Below, piece after piece: positions 10,887 to 19,876 of a stretch of 64,000 nucleotides of DNA (position 1 is its first letter; every line of letters starts with the position of its first letter). The stretch covers positions 1 through 64,000 of the forward strand of contig JBEKDF010000011.1 of NCBI GenBank assembly GCA_050014495.1, read 5' to 3'. The position numbers and the translations under genes are program-made. A model generated the notes under the pieces. The model had not been told where the DNA came from and made no database searches. It saw nothing but the letters and a program-made list of their open reading frames with translations. This stretch comes from Candidatus Bathyarchaeia archaeon (GTDB lineage: Archaea; Thermoproteota; Bathyarchaeia; TCS64).

Positions 10887-11771
10887 TTAAATCTTTGGTG
10901 GGCTTGGCGGTATCTGTCTCTTGTGTGCGGTGCCCGAGATCTTCTCCAGAACTTTATCCACAATTATAGTATCGATCCCGTAACTATCAGAAAGGACCTC
11001 CTTCGATGACTGTAGACTCATCTTTTTGCCTATTCCATCAACAACGGTTGCCAGAATCAGGTCCAGTTCCTCATAGCTAAAACCAAGCTCCTTCTCGGCA
11101 GTCATCCCGGGAACAAGGTTAGGCGAGGACCTCTTCGAGATGATCCCCCTAGGAAGGTCCAACTCTCTAGCGAGTTCTCTGACTTGGGTCTTGTACACGT
11201 TGAGGATTGGCTCAAGGTCCACCCCCCCATCCCCGTACTTCGTGAAGTAACCCATAAACCACTCCGACCGATCAGTCGTCCCCACCACAACTGATCTCCC
11301 AGGCATCAACTGACTAACCTCATAGAGTTTAATCATCCTAACCCTGGCCTTCAAGTTCCCATACTGGACCCCGTTTCTATAAACGCCTCCGGGACCCCGA
11401 TCAGCAATCTCCGGATCTTGTTGAACGAAGGCGGAGATAAGGGAGGAGATATCATATTTCTTAGTCCTAATACCCAATTTATCCGCGAGATGAGTCGCGT
11501 CCTCAACATCCTTAGGGTCTGTGACATCTCCATCGGGGAGAAGCACACCAATTACCTTCTCCCCCCCAAGGGCATTAACCAGGATCGATGCAACCACACT
11601 CGAGTCAAGGCCCCCCGAGAGCCCGAGGACAGCATACTCGAGCCGATGTTGTTCAAAGTAGTCTCTAATCCACCCTCGTATGCCTTGGGCCTCAGTTGCA
11701 GCACTCCAACCGGTTTCCCTCCAGAACTCCGTCAGATCCTTAAGATCCTTCATTAGTCTATTCACCCTCAA
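10887..11771 (-). CDS. nadE: NH3-dependent NAD+ synthetase
   Basis: GLSGGLDS, NLKARVRM, GYFTKYGDG, KTQV. Confidence 0.93.
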   Translation of the reverse strand: MRVNRLMKDLKDLTEFWRETGWSAATEAQGIRGWIRDYFEQHRLEYAVLGLSGGLDSSVVASILVNALGGEKVIGVLLPDGDVTDPKDVEDATHLADKLGIRTKKYDISSLISAFVQQDPEIADRGPGGVYRNGVQYGNLKARVRMIKLYEVSQLMPGRSVVVGTTDRSEWFMGYFTKYGDGGVDLEPILNVYKTQVRELARELDLPRGIISKRSSPNLVPGMTAEKELGFSYEELDLILATVVDGIGKKMSLQSSKEVLSDSYGIDTIIVDKVLEKISGTAHKRQIPPSPPKI

Positions 11772-12036
11772 GCAGGTGCTTCATCTGCTCCAATATCTGC
11801 CCTGTATTCCCAATACTCACGTTAAGGGATCGCCACCCGTCGATGCACGCTTTTATCTTATTGGCGTCAACACCCATAATCTCATCGAGGGGAACGGTCA
11901 CCTTGTAGCCAAGTATCTCGGCCAAGTACATCACCGCCAGATCGACACACATCAGACGCAACCCCGTAGACCACTACTCATCAGGCTCCATAAAGTCAAC
12001 CTGCGTATCAATATCCCAAAACAAGATTCTCCTCAT
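11758..12036 (-). pseudogene. pncA: nicotinamidase (cysteine hydrolase) relic with large internal deletion and frameshift
   Basis: MRRILFWDIDTQVDFMEPD joined directly to VVVYGVASDVC (shifted frame), then VDLAV...GYKVTV; lies between pncB and nadE. Confidence 0.75.
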
Positions 12037-12051
12037 CACTGTTTCACCTAC

Positions 12052-13404
12052 CTAGGCAGTGTACTGCCTCGTCAGCTTCTCGGTGAGATCCTCAAGCTCA
12101 TCACTTATCTTGAGTTCGTATGGCTTAGCACCTACAATCCTCTTACACTCATCCGGCAGCTTCGCCACGCAGCCCAAGGAGTACTCCCTGATATCCCTGA
12201 GATCTCTGATCCCCCTGATTCTTCTCCCACTCTCAACAGCTGGCTCAAGGAGAGACATTCCAATGCCTCCCTCCTTATCGAGCTGCAGAATATCATACAG
12301 GTATCTCCCATCCCCACCAGTGACTCTGCATAACTGCTTCCTACCCGGATGCGTCTGCTTACTATCCGAAAGTTTGATCCTCGGCCCAAAGTTGTCCTCG
12401 ACAAGTTTGTAGACCCCAGACAGTGCGGATATAGGTTTAGCTGTGATCATCTCGGTACCTACACCGTAGAAGTCAACTGGCACACCAGATCGCGTGAACT
12501 CATCGATCTTGTACTCATTCAGATCGCTGCTCACACCGATCTTCACGTAACTCAGGCCCTCCTCATCGAGCAAGCCCCTGATAATATTAGAAAGACTCTC
12601 CACGTTCCCTGAGTCGATCCTCACAGCAGCTAAGTGGTCGCCCCTCAACTCCATCTCCTTAGCCACAATCGCTGCCACCCTCGCACCCGCCAACGTGTCG
12701 TATGTGTCTATCAGAAACACGGAACTCTTGGGGAAAGTGCGCGCATAGGCCCTGAACGCGTCGGCCTCCTCGGGGAAGCCCATCACAAAGCTGTGAGCCA
12801 TCGTACCGGAGGGAGGAATATCATACTCTCTGGCAGCCTCCACATTACTTGTAGCATCGACTCCAGCAATGTACTCTGCTCGTGCACCCCTAACGCCTGC
12901 GTCGAATCCCTGGGCTCTCCTAAGTCCAAAGTCTACGACCTTGGCTTTACCTGCCGCGTTCACGACTCGGCTAGCCTTAGAGGCTATCAGTGTCTGGAAG
13001 TTTACGGTGTTGAGAAGCGCCGTCTCCAGAAGCTGAGCCTGTGGACGCTTAGCCGTCACCCGCATTATCGGAGAGTCCACGGTGATTGGGGTCCCCTCAT
13101 TGAGTGCAGTAATATTCCCTTCGAATCTGAAGTGACGGAGGTAGTCAAAATAATCGTCTTTGAAGATGTTTAACCCCTGAAGATAGGCTACATCATCATC
13201 TGTGAATCGTACCTTCGTAGCATAGTCGATAGCATCATCAATTCCTACCGCGACAAAGTAGCCCCAGTTGGTTGGCAGGGTCCTTATGAACATCTCGAAT
13301 GAGGCGATCTCGTCCTCCTTGTCGTTGTCGATATATGCGGCGTTCATCGTAAGTTGATATAGATCAGTAAGTAGAGCACTTCGTTTATTCTCGTATCCAC
13401 TCAT
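12052..13404 (-). CDS. pncB: nicotinate phosphoribosyltransferase
   Basis: LLTDLYQLTM, DFGLRRAQG, GTMAHS, LIDTYD, RIDSG, VYKLV. Confidence 0.95.
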   Translation of the reverse strand: MSGYENKRSALLTDLYQLTMNAAYIDNDKEDEIASFEMFIRTLPTNWGYFVAVGIDDAIDYATKVRFTDDDVAYLQGLNIFKDDYFDYLRHFRFEGNITALNEGTPITVDSPIMRVTAKRPQAQLLETALLNTVNFQTLIASKASRVVNAAGKAKVVDFGLRRAQGFDAGVRGARAEYIAGVDATSNVEAAREYDIPPSGTMAHSFVMGFPEEADAFRAYARTFPKSSVFLIDTYDTLAGARVAAIVAKEMELRGDHLAAVRIDSGNVESLSNIIRGLLDEEGLSYVKIGVSSDLNEYKIDEFTRSGVPVDFYGVGTEMITAKPISALSGVYKLVEDNFGPRIKLSDSKQTHPGRKQLCRVTGGDGRYLYDILQLDKEGGIGMSLLEPAVESGRRIRGIRDLRDIREYSLGCVAKLPDECKRIVGAKPYELKISDELEDLTEKLTRQYTA

Positions 13405-13574
13405 CTATACCCTTTCCTTTAGAAAGTTGGATGCGCGCTAGATATACCAATATCGAAGGTTGCATAAGTGATCAGGTAAAAGAGGCCAATCTTCGAGGCG
13501 TGAGAAAGTGTAGAACAACACATATGTACCATTTAGGGTGAATTGATTAGGTAAAAAGTAATTATTAGGATAGC

Positions 13575-13889
13575 TCATTTGCTAAAGATCGTGGAAGGGG
13601 AGCAAACTTGAATTGTCTGCTCAAGTACCCCAGCTTCTGTGAACACCTTTTGCATCTCAGGCGTCTTTACGAAGTCTACGAAATCGTTAGCTTCCTCATC
13701 GCTCCACTCAAAGACGATGTGGTGTTTGTTATGATCCTTCTCAAACTGTAGTATTACACCACCCTTAGACCCATTCCTGTGAGGTGCGTCACCATCGAAA
13801 GTCTTCAACCATCTAGCGTGATCCTTCACCCTCTCGTAGACAACTACATGAACCAAACCAATCTCATCTAATTTTCGCTTAGGAAACAT
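13575..13889 (-). CDS. small hypothetical protein (probable dimeric alpha/beta barrel)
   Basis: VKDHARWLKTFD...PEMQKVFTEAGV pattern. Confidence 0.6.
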   Translation of the reverse strand: MFPKRKLDEIGLVHVVVYERVKDHARWLKTFDGDAPHRNGSKGGVILQFEKDHNKHHIVFEWSDEEANDFVDFVKTPEMQKVFTEAGVLEQTIQVCSPSTIFSK

Positions 13890-13962
13890 TTTTATTAAAT
13901 ATTACGCGTGTGCAGGCGCACAACAAGGTCGTCCTAACTCGTGTAAGTGCGCTTGTTCTTCT

Positions 13963-14739
13963 CTAAGTTTTTCTTGTGTCTCTCATTTCTTCTCTTCTCG
14001 TTTTTCGTCTCTCATTTTCCTCCTTCTCTGATATCTTTTCTTTTTTCTCAGCATCTATTTCTTGTTTCCTTCTTTCTTCAGTTCTCTCTTTTTCTTTCTT
14101 TTCTTCTTCTTTATCTTTTTTCTCAGCTTCTCTTCTATTCTCTATTCCCATAGTTTTTATTTCTTTTCCTCTTAATTCCCTCCTATCTCTTTCTTCTCTA
14201 TCTGCTCTTTCCTCTAATCTCATAGATTCACCTCTCTTTATACTTCTTTCTTCACGTCTATCTATCTCACCAGACTCTTCTAATATCTCATTATAAAAGA
14301 GAGAAGATATTTTTACCACGTCTTCCACTCTTTCGCTCATAAATTCATAGTGATTAATTCTTCCTTCAAGATAAAATGGAGTAAATACCGCCTTCTCTCC
14401 CATATTTTTAATTTTCTTTGCGACTTTTATAGTTTTTAACGAAAGGTCTTTGATGACACTGATGTATCTATCCCTTTCTCTTGGGTTTTGAGCAGCCTCC
14501 AAAATGGCCTTATCCACTGTCGTTTGATATTTTTGCATTGCTTCTTTATAATTTTCATCATTTATACTTTTCTCTACCTCCTCGATGAGGCTCTCGAGAT
14601 CCGTTTTGGGTATGGCCGTTATAGGATTTAGATATAGGCTACTAGAGAGAAAATCATACAATTTTGTGTCATCTCCACATAGCTCCTTCAACAGATTTTC
14701 CTCTTTCTCTTCCTTCCTCTTTTCTTTCTTTTTCCACAT
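13963..14739 (-). CDS. hypothetical protein with E/R/K-rich helical C-terminus
   Basis: 258-aa ORF; last ~100 aa dominated by charged residues. Confidence 0.65.
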   Translation of the reverse strand: MWKKKEKRKEEKEENLLKELCGDDTKLYDFLSSSLYLNPITAIPKTDLESLIEEVEKSINDENYKEAMQKYQTTVDKAILEAAQNPRERDRYISVIKDLSLKTIKVAKKIKNMGEKAVFTPFYLEGRINHYEFMSERVEDVVKISSLFYNEILEESGEIDRREERSIKRGESMRLEERADREERDRRELRGKEIKTMGIENRREAEKKDKEEEKKEKERTEERRKQEIDAEKKEKISEKEENERRKTRREEMRDTRKT

Positions 14740-14917
14740 AAACCCAAGTCGCCACTTTATTATTTGAATCAGTTTGCAATAAAGTCTTTTGATTAAGAAT
14801 CAAGGTAGGATAGTTGTTTTAACACCCGCGAAAACAATTCGCGGCACACTACTCAGGTGCACCTTAACTTTAACAATGATATACCCTCGACATACAAGTC
14901 ATCATGTGCGCGCGCGC

Positions 14918-16258
14918 CGAGTATCTCGATATCTTCAATTCGGCGTCGACTGATTCACTCGGGTTAAATTGGGGGGAAACCGTAGCCCAACTGCAACGTG
15001 AAGATAAAAAGACTCTGATGAATGATGTTGAGATCAACGGAATATGGTACTCGTTGTTGCTTCACATAGTTCCTGGAGGGATAGAGTGCGATTCTACGCG
15101 ACGAATATCGATGATAGAAAGAGACATGAAGAGAGCTTAAGGCACAATGAGAATCTATCGGCTAAAGATCAAGGCTTGAGGGTGGCTAACGAGAGCACGC
15201 TGGAACACGCCTCCAAGCTTGAGGATATCGTTGATGAAAGGACCGTCAAGCTTAGTGAGAGCGATGAGACGCTCAGAGGTTTCATGGATTCAGCTCCCGA
15301 CAATTTCTGGATCTACTAATCTGATTTTAAGCTGATTGACATCAATAATAAGGCCTTGGAGTTTATGGGTGCTAGAAAGGAGGATGTCATCGGTAAGAGG
15401 CTTGAGGAAAATTAACCGGGGATAGAAAACGAGGAGAGATACCGGAGATTTCTCCAAGTGTTGGAAACAGGAGAACCCGAATATATTGAAGAGTATAAAA
15501 CATTACCCAGATTCGGCGATAAATGGGTGGAACTCTGGGCGTTTAAGATTGGGTATAACCTGGAGATTATTTCTCGTGACATAACGAATCGTAAAACGCT
15601 TGAGAATGAGCTTCATAAAGTCGAACACTTTGACACAGTGAACAGAATGGGTGCCACCTTTGCACGCGACCTACGTTCGCCTCTAAGCGCCATCAGCTAT
15701 GCTGCCTGGATAGGCAAAAAGAAGCCTGAACTCTCGGAGAAGATGTTTGACATAATCACAAGTAGCGTAGATCGGTCCATTCGGATGCTAGAGGAGTTTA
15801 GGAAAGGATCACGTGGCTTGAAGGTGGTGAAGATGAGAGTCGATCTATTCTCCCTCGTCAAGAATGTTGTGGAGGAGGTTCAAGTTCCCGAACAGATTAA
15901 TGTGAATTTGGACTTACCTGAAGGATTTGAGGCAGAGTTTGATCTTGAGATAATTCGCCGAGTACTTGATAACCTTGTGAGGAACGCCGTCGAAGCGATG
16001 TCGGGAGGCGATAAGCTGACTATTTCAGTAAAACAAAACGGCGGAGGTGTGGTGATCGAGGTAATGGACACAGGAACGGGCATAAGCGAAAAGGATGCTA
16101 AGAACCTCTTCGAACCATTGTTCACAACAAAGAAGGGGGGCTTGGGGTTAGGCCTCTATTTCGTTCGGATGGCAGCGGAAGCGGTTGGAGGTAGAGTGGA
16201 TTTTGTATCCAAGATCGGTGAGGGTACAACATTCACGATTAGACTGCCTCTCAGATAG
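14918..16258 (+). pseudogene. PAS-domain sensor histidine kinase, degraded
   Basis: In-frame TAA at 15317 and 15413, upstream frameshift, H-box reads ARDLRSPL (His lost); N, G1 and G2 boxes intact. Confidence 0.85.
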
Positions 16259-16430
16259 CCGGTAATGTGATATATACTGAGTTCTTTAAGTGCGTGCTAT
16301 TGTTTGAAGCACCCATCGTCATTATCGGATATAATGATGCGTGTGTGACATTGGGGGTGCGCGCTAAACACTCCATCATTATTCTAGCTCGGTACTAAAC
16401 CCAGAGATGGAGTAAAGATGGTAGAGTTTA

Positions 16431-16442
16431 AGGTATATGTGT
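16431..16442 (+). promoter_or_regulatory. AGGTATATGTGT motif, copy 1 (TATA-like)
   Basis: Identical 12-mer at 16823-16834; each copy precedes a Pro-rich micro-ORF. Confidence 0.45.
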
Positions 16443-16516
16443 AGAAATATGAAACATTCTTGGAGGAAATCAAGAATGTTTATATTAAAAAATTACTATT
16501 TTCTTTATGAGAGAAA

Positions 16517-16654
16517 ATGGTCAAAAAAAGACAGAAAAAATCAGTTAATGATACTCCCGAAAAGCCTGAGTACGAACCTCCTTCAATTCCCGGTGATAAA
16601 AAACCAGATGATCTCGCGAGCGATCAGGACCACCCAGACCCAAACCCAAAATGA
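16517..16654 (+). CDS. 45-aa Pro/Asp/Lys-rich microprotein MVKKRQKKSVNDTPEKPEYEPPSIPGDKKPDDLASDQDHPDPNPK
   Basis: Read manually (below ORF-track cutoff); shared upstream motif; T-rich downstream. Confidence 0.5.
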   Translation: MVKKRQKKSVNDTPEKPEYEPPSIPGDKKPDDLASDQDHPDPNPK

Positions 16655-16822
16655 TTAACTTCACGGATTAATCCAAATATTGGATTTATATTTTTACTAA
16701 ATTTATTCTTCCTTCTCCATCACCTCCCGTACGAAACGTAAAATATTATGGTGCTTATGATGTCAGCCGAGTTTTCGTCTAAGACTTAAAGGAAAGTGAC
16801 TCGTTATCGCACACGTGAGGAT

Positions 16823-16834
16823 AGGTATATGTGT
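16823..16834 (+). promoter_or_regulatory. AGGTATATGTGT motif, copy 2
   Basis: Identical to 16431-16442. Confidence 0.45.
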
Positions 16835-16877
16835 TTAGAAGTTGTTGAATGATTGAGTGAGTAGGAAGGATAAGAAG

Positions 16878-17015
16878 ATGGTCCCCGATCCGAAACCTAA
16901 CCAGAACCCGACACCGGATCCAACTCAGAACCCTACACCAAAACCGAACCCGAATCCAACGCCAGACCCAACTCCCAACCCGAACCCTGGTCCCAACCCT
17001 GGACCCCAAAAATAA
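16878..17015 (+). CDS. 45-aa Pro-X repeat microprotein MVPDPKPNQNPTPDPTQNPTPKPNPNPTPDPTPNPNPGPNPGPQK
   Basis: Pro codons vary synonymously (CCC/CCG/CCT/CCA), indicating a protein-level repeat; purine-rich leader; poly-T tracts downstream. Confidence 0.65.
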   Translation: MVPDPKPNQNPTPDPTQNPTPKPNPNPTPDPTPNPNPGPNPGPQK

Positions 17016-17022
17016 TCCAATT

Positions 17023-17052
17023 AATTTTTTTTTGGCTATTTTTTTTGATTTT
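17023..17052 (+). terminator. oligo-T archaeal terminator
   Basis: Two long T runs directly after the micro-ORF. Confidence 0.5.
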
Positions 17053-17106
17053 CTATCATAAACAACGCGAGTAAACAATTGTAAAATATATTCCAAATTT
17101 CTTTGC

Positions 17107-18144
17107 TTAGATCTTCTTAATGACTCTCCCCCAGTTTCTATACGTTTCAATATTGAATGATTGGATAAGCGATGGCTCTACATAGCAATGAAGTGTACAC
17201 TTATTACATTCTTTATATTTAGACCAGTCATATTTTCGCCACAACGAGTCAATGTCTATATTTGAGATATTCGTGGATGATTTATAGTTATTAAGACAGT
17301 AGCAAGGTTGAATAATTTTGCCCTCAGGGTCAACGTTCGCTACCAGCCAGGGCTTACAATCCCAAGCCAGTGTCTTCCCCATGATTCTGAGATAATCAAT
17401 AGAATGGACAATGGGGTAACCCTGTTTTTTCATATCAATCAGCGAGTTGGCTACCTTGTTTATTTCTTGGCTTGATAATTGCTCTACAGAAATGCCTTCG
17501 TAGTTGTATACAAGGGCAAGTGAGATACCAACTTTGAGTTCCTTCGCCAACTTGACCAAATCAGGGACTTCTTCAACATTCTCCTTCATGATAGTAGTGT
17601 TAATCGTCACAAAAGCCTTCCCCGCGCAGCTCTGTATTCCCTCTAAAGCCTTATCGTAGCACCCATTGGAGTTTCTGATCCTGTCATGCGTTTCTCCGAT
17701 TCCATCAAGGGAGACGTAGATTGATCCGTCAATGTAAGGCGCGATTGAATCAATTTTACGTTCAAGCAGGACACCGTTCGTGATTATGCTGGTACTCAAG
17801 CCCTGGCCCTTTGAATACTCCAGTATCTCTGAGAGATCCTCTCTTAACAAGGGCTCTCCCCCCTCAAATGCTATTAGACATACTCCGGCGTTGTATAGTG
17901 CCTTGATTATACGCTTTTCATTCTCGAGTGAGGTATCTTTATAGGATCTTTTCCAGAACGGGCACATCTTGCATCTGAGGTTGCAGTTGTAGGTTAGTTT
18001 GTGTCCGCTTATGTAGGGGTACTTTAGGCCTAAGGTGTTTAGAAAGAAGCCTCGGTAAAGTCTGAGGGCTAGCTTGAGGTAGTGTAGATAATATCCTGGT
18101 GGCTTATTTTTTGTAAAATAATTCATCTCATTTATATTGTCCAA
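17107..18144 (-). CDS. radical SAM protein with SPASM/twitch-like C-terminus (resembles archaeal PTO1314 family)
   Basis: CNLRCKMC, GGEPLL, SLDG, C-terminal CKPW...PCYCL...CNKCTLHC. Confidence 0.85.
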   Translation of the reverse strand: MDNINEMNYFTKNKPPGYYLHYLKLALRLYRGFFLNTLGLKYPYISGHKLTYNCNLRCKMCPFWKRSYKDTSLENEKRIIKALYNAGVCLIAFEGGEPLLREDLSEILEYSKGQGLSTSIITNGVLLERKIDSIAPYIDGSIYVSLDGIGETHDRIRNSNGCYDKALEGIQSCAGKAFVTINTTIMKENVEEVPDLVKLAKELKVGISLALVYNYEGISVEQLSSQEINKVANSLIDMKKQGYPIVHSIDYLRIMGKTLAWDCKPWLVANVDPEGKIIQPCYCLNNYKSSTNISNIDIDSLWRKYDWSKYKECNKCTLHCYVEPSLIQSFNIETYRNWGRVIKKI

Positions 18145-18304
18145 GATATGCTCACCTACTTTATTTGAATCCGTTTTATTTTTATAGTATTCAAGTCTGT
18201 ACTTTTCACATTTCGTGCATGTGCAATCGTATAGATTGTGTGAAAGGCGATTCCATGATTTATGAAACTTCGTTTGAAAAATCGTGCACTCGATTAACCA
18301 GTGA

Positions 18305-18454
18305 CTATATTCCCCTTCCCTGAATAAGTCTAATGATTATAACGATCAGTGCTATAACTAATAGTGCGTGGATTAAGCCTCCTCCGATTCCAGTTATAAA
18401 CCCGAGTAACCAGAGTATCACGAGGATTGCCGCTATGGTCCAGAAGAGATCCAT
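18305..18454 (-). CDS. lmo0937-family (DUF5670) small membrane protein, 49 aa
   Basis: MDLFWTIAAILVILWLLGFITGIGGGLIHALLVIALIVIIIRLIQGRGI read manually. Confidence 0.8.
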   Translation of the reverse strand: MDLFWTIAAILVILWLLGFITGIGGGLIHALLVIALIVIIIRLIQGRGI

Positions 18455-18712
18455 GTCAATTCTTCCCATTTATTTTTTGGGAATGAATGTTAATAAACCA
18501 ATTTATTCTCGCCGCTACTCCAGATCCTAATTTTTCCATGCAAGCGACGTATGTTAGTAACGCTTTATTGAAAGCCTCTTTCAGAGGCAGTTCGATTACA
18601 CTTTCTCTCCTCAGGGACTTTATGTCCTTGAAGAAAAGATACATGGAATCGGCGCCATATAAGGGGAAGGATAGGCTCACGATTTCGAAGAGCGCGCGCG
18701 CAGAGTGTCGTC

Positions 18713-18883
18713 TTACTCTTTGGCCTTTCTTTTAACTTTCCCTATTTCCTCTTGAGCTTGCCCTTCAACTTGCTCAATCTTGCCTTTGAGCTGTTCAGTT
18801 TTGTTATCCGTTATTTTACCTACTTCTTCACAAATCTGTCCCTTGATTCATTTACCTCCTCCTTCTACTTCGTCATTGCTCAG
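18713..18883 (-). pseudogene. csbD: CsbD-family stress protein, with in-frame TGA (18848-18850) and 3' frameshift
   Basis: SNDEVEGGGK*IKGQICEEVGKITDNKTEQLKGKIEQVEGQAQEEIGKVK. Confidence 0.7.
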
Positions 18884-18964
18884 GTTTGCTTGATAATCTT
18901 CGTAGTTAATAAAGCGCATATGCCACGAAAAACAGAAGCGTTTTCGCGCGCGCCAACTCTCCAA

Positions 18965-19261
18965 CTAAGTTTCGTCTACTGGTTTTAGGTACGCGTGAAG
19001 TTGTGTTTTTGGGACCTTTATGTTTAGCCCTTTTTCTGTCCATAGTGCAACCCCTTCCTCTAGGGCTGAAGTGGCCAACATGTTTCGTACCCCACCTTTC
19101 TTTGCGCCAAGAACAGATTCAGCTGCATCCTTGGTCAATTCGACTTCAAGATGAGTTACTTTCCAATTTTCTGGATCTATTCCAATATCTTTGACTTTAC
19201 CTATTTTCTCGCTACCAAGATAAACATCTTTGTCCATAAACTCTTTACTTTTCATCCTCAT
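18965..19261 (-). CDS. PRC-barrel domain protein
   Basis: KIGKVKDIGIDPENWKVTHLEVEL; BRE/TATA (GAAAAAAGCTTTATTAA) upstream. Confidence 0.75.
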   Translation of the reverse strand: MRMKSKEFMDKDVYLGSEKIGKVKDIGIDPENWKVTHLEVELTKDAAESVLGAKKGGVRNMLATSALEEGVALWTEKGLNIKVPKTQLHAYLKPVDET

Positions 19262-19388
19262 TTTTCCCTCCAGTTTTGATATTTGAAGCAATATTAATAA
19301 AGCTTTTTTCTCATAGGTTTAGATGCGAGTGCGCCTAGTGAAGTAAAAAGAGACTAAAAGAGATTGGGTGCGCGGACTTTAGGAATAG

Positions 19389-19463
19389 TGGGCCCGAAGG
19401 GACTTGAACCCATGACCACCCGGTTATGAGCCGGGTGCTCTAGCCAAACTGAGCTACGGGCCC
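19389..19463 (-). tRNA. tRNA with CAT anticodon, probably tRNA-Ile2 (agmatidine type) rather than Met
   Basis: Cloverleaf with GGGCCCG acceptor, CCCGG-CTCATAA-CCGGG anticodon arm, GTTCAAGTC T-loop; GGGCCC acceptor is typical of archaeal Ile tRNAs. Confidence 0.9.
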
Positions 19464-19560
19464 ACGCATCAGGTAAACCTCCACAGAGAATATAAAAATA
19501 CTACCGACAATTAGGGCTGAGCAACGATTATAAACGGGTCGAAGCCTAACATCTCAGCGC

Positions 19561-19639
19561 GCTCCCGTGGTGTAGACCGGACAAGCATACTGGCCTTTCG
19601 AGTCAGGGATCCCGGGTTCAAATCCCGGCGGGAGCACCA
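19561..19639 (+). tRNA. tRNA-Glu(TTC) with encoded CCA
   Basis: GCTCCCG/CGGGAGC acceptor, CTGGC-CTTTCGA-GTCAG arm, GGTTCAAATCC; TTATAAA box upstream. Confidence 0.95.
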
Positions 19640-19876
19640 ACCACCAAGTTCGATTCCCTTCCCTATTTCTCCTAAGGGTGTGGCACCTACGAGTAACGGG
19701 GACATCTACGAGACCAACCAGCGCGCACGAAGACTGTAATAACAATAATTAAACGAAGACCGAGCAAGATCATGAACAACTCATTGAATTTTAAGCCTAG
19801 CTATCTCCAGAACAGAAGAGAGAACCTTTGGTTGCTCCAAAAAGAGTGCGCATTGCTACAATTAATAACCAGATTG

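Noticed and set aside
11680..13173. Long plus-strand ORFs (217 aa, 179 aa) and similar shadow ORFs throughout the window
   Set aside because: Antisense to well-supported genes, with no motifs of their own.
14904..16258. Functional kinase pairing with the response regulator at 58281-58637
   Set aside because: The kinase has two internal stops and lacks the phospho-accepting His, and the genes are 42 kb apart.
16878..17015. CRISPR array or DNA-level tandem repeat
   Set aside because: No constant repeat with unique spacers; variation falls at synonymous positions of a Pro-X peptide.
1648..18850. Genome-wide TGA recoding, suggested by in-frame TGAs at 1648, 10395 and 18848
   Set aside because: Conserved genes end at TGA at their expected C-termini (e.g. 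gcvPA, porA, alaX), and nearby pseudogenes also carry TAA/TAG stops and frameshifts, so decay is the simpler explanation.
18456..18988. ORF-track entries 18456-18680, 18487-18735 and 18752-18988
   Set aside because: No recognisable motifs; they overlap the promoter of the lmo0937-like gene or are antisense to the csbD relic.
19648..19658. GTTCGATTCCC T-loop-like sequence just after tRNA-Glu, as a tRNA fragment or att site
   Set aside because: No 5' stem partner, no cloverleaf, and it does not match the 3' end of either neighbouring tRNA.
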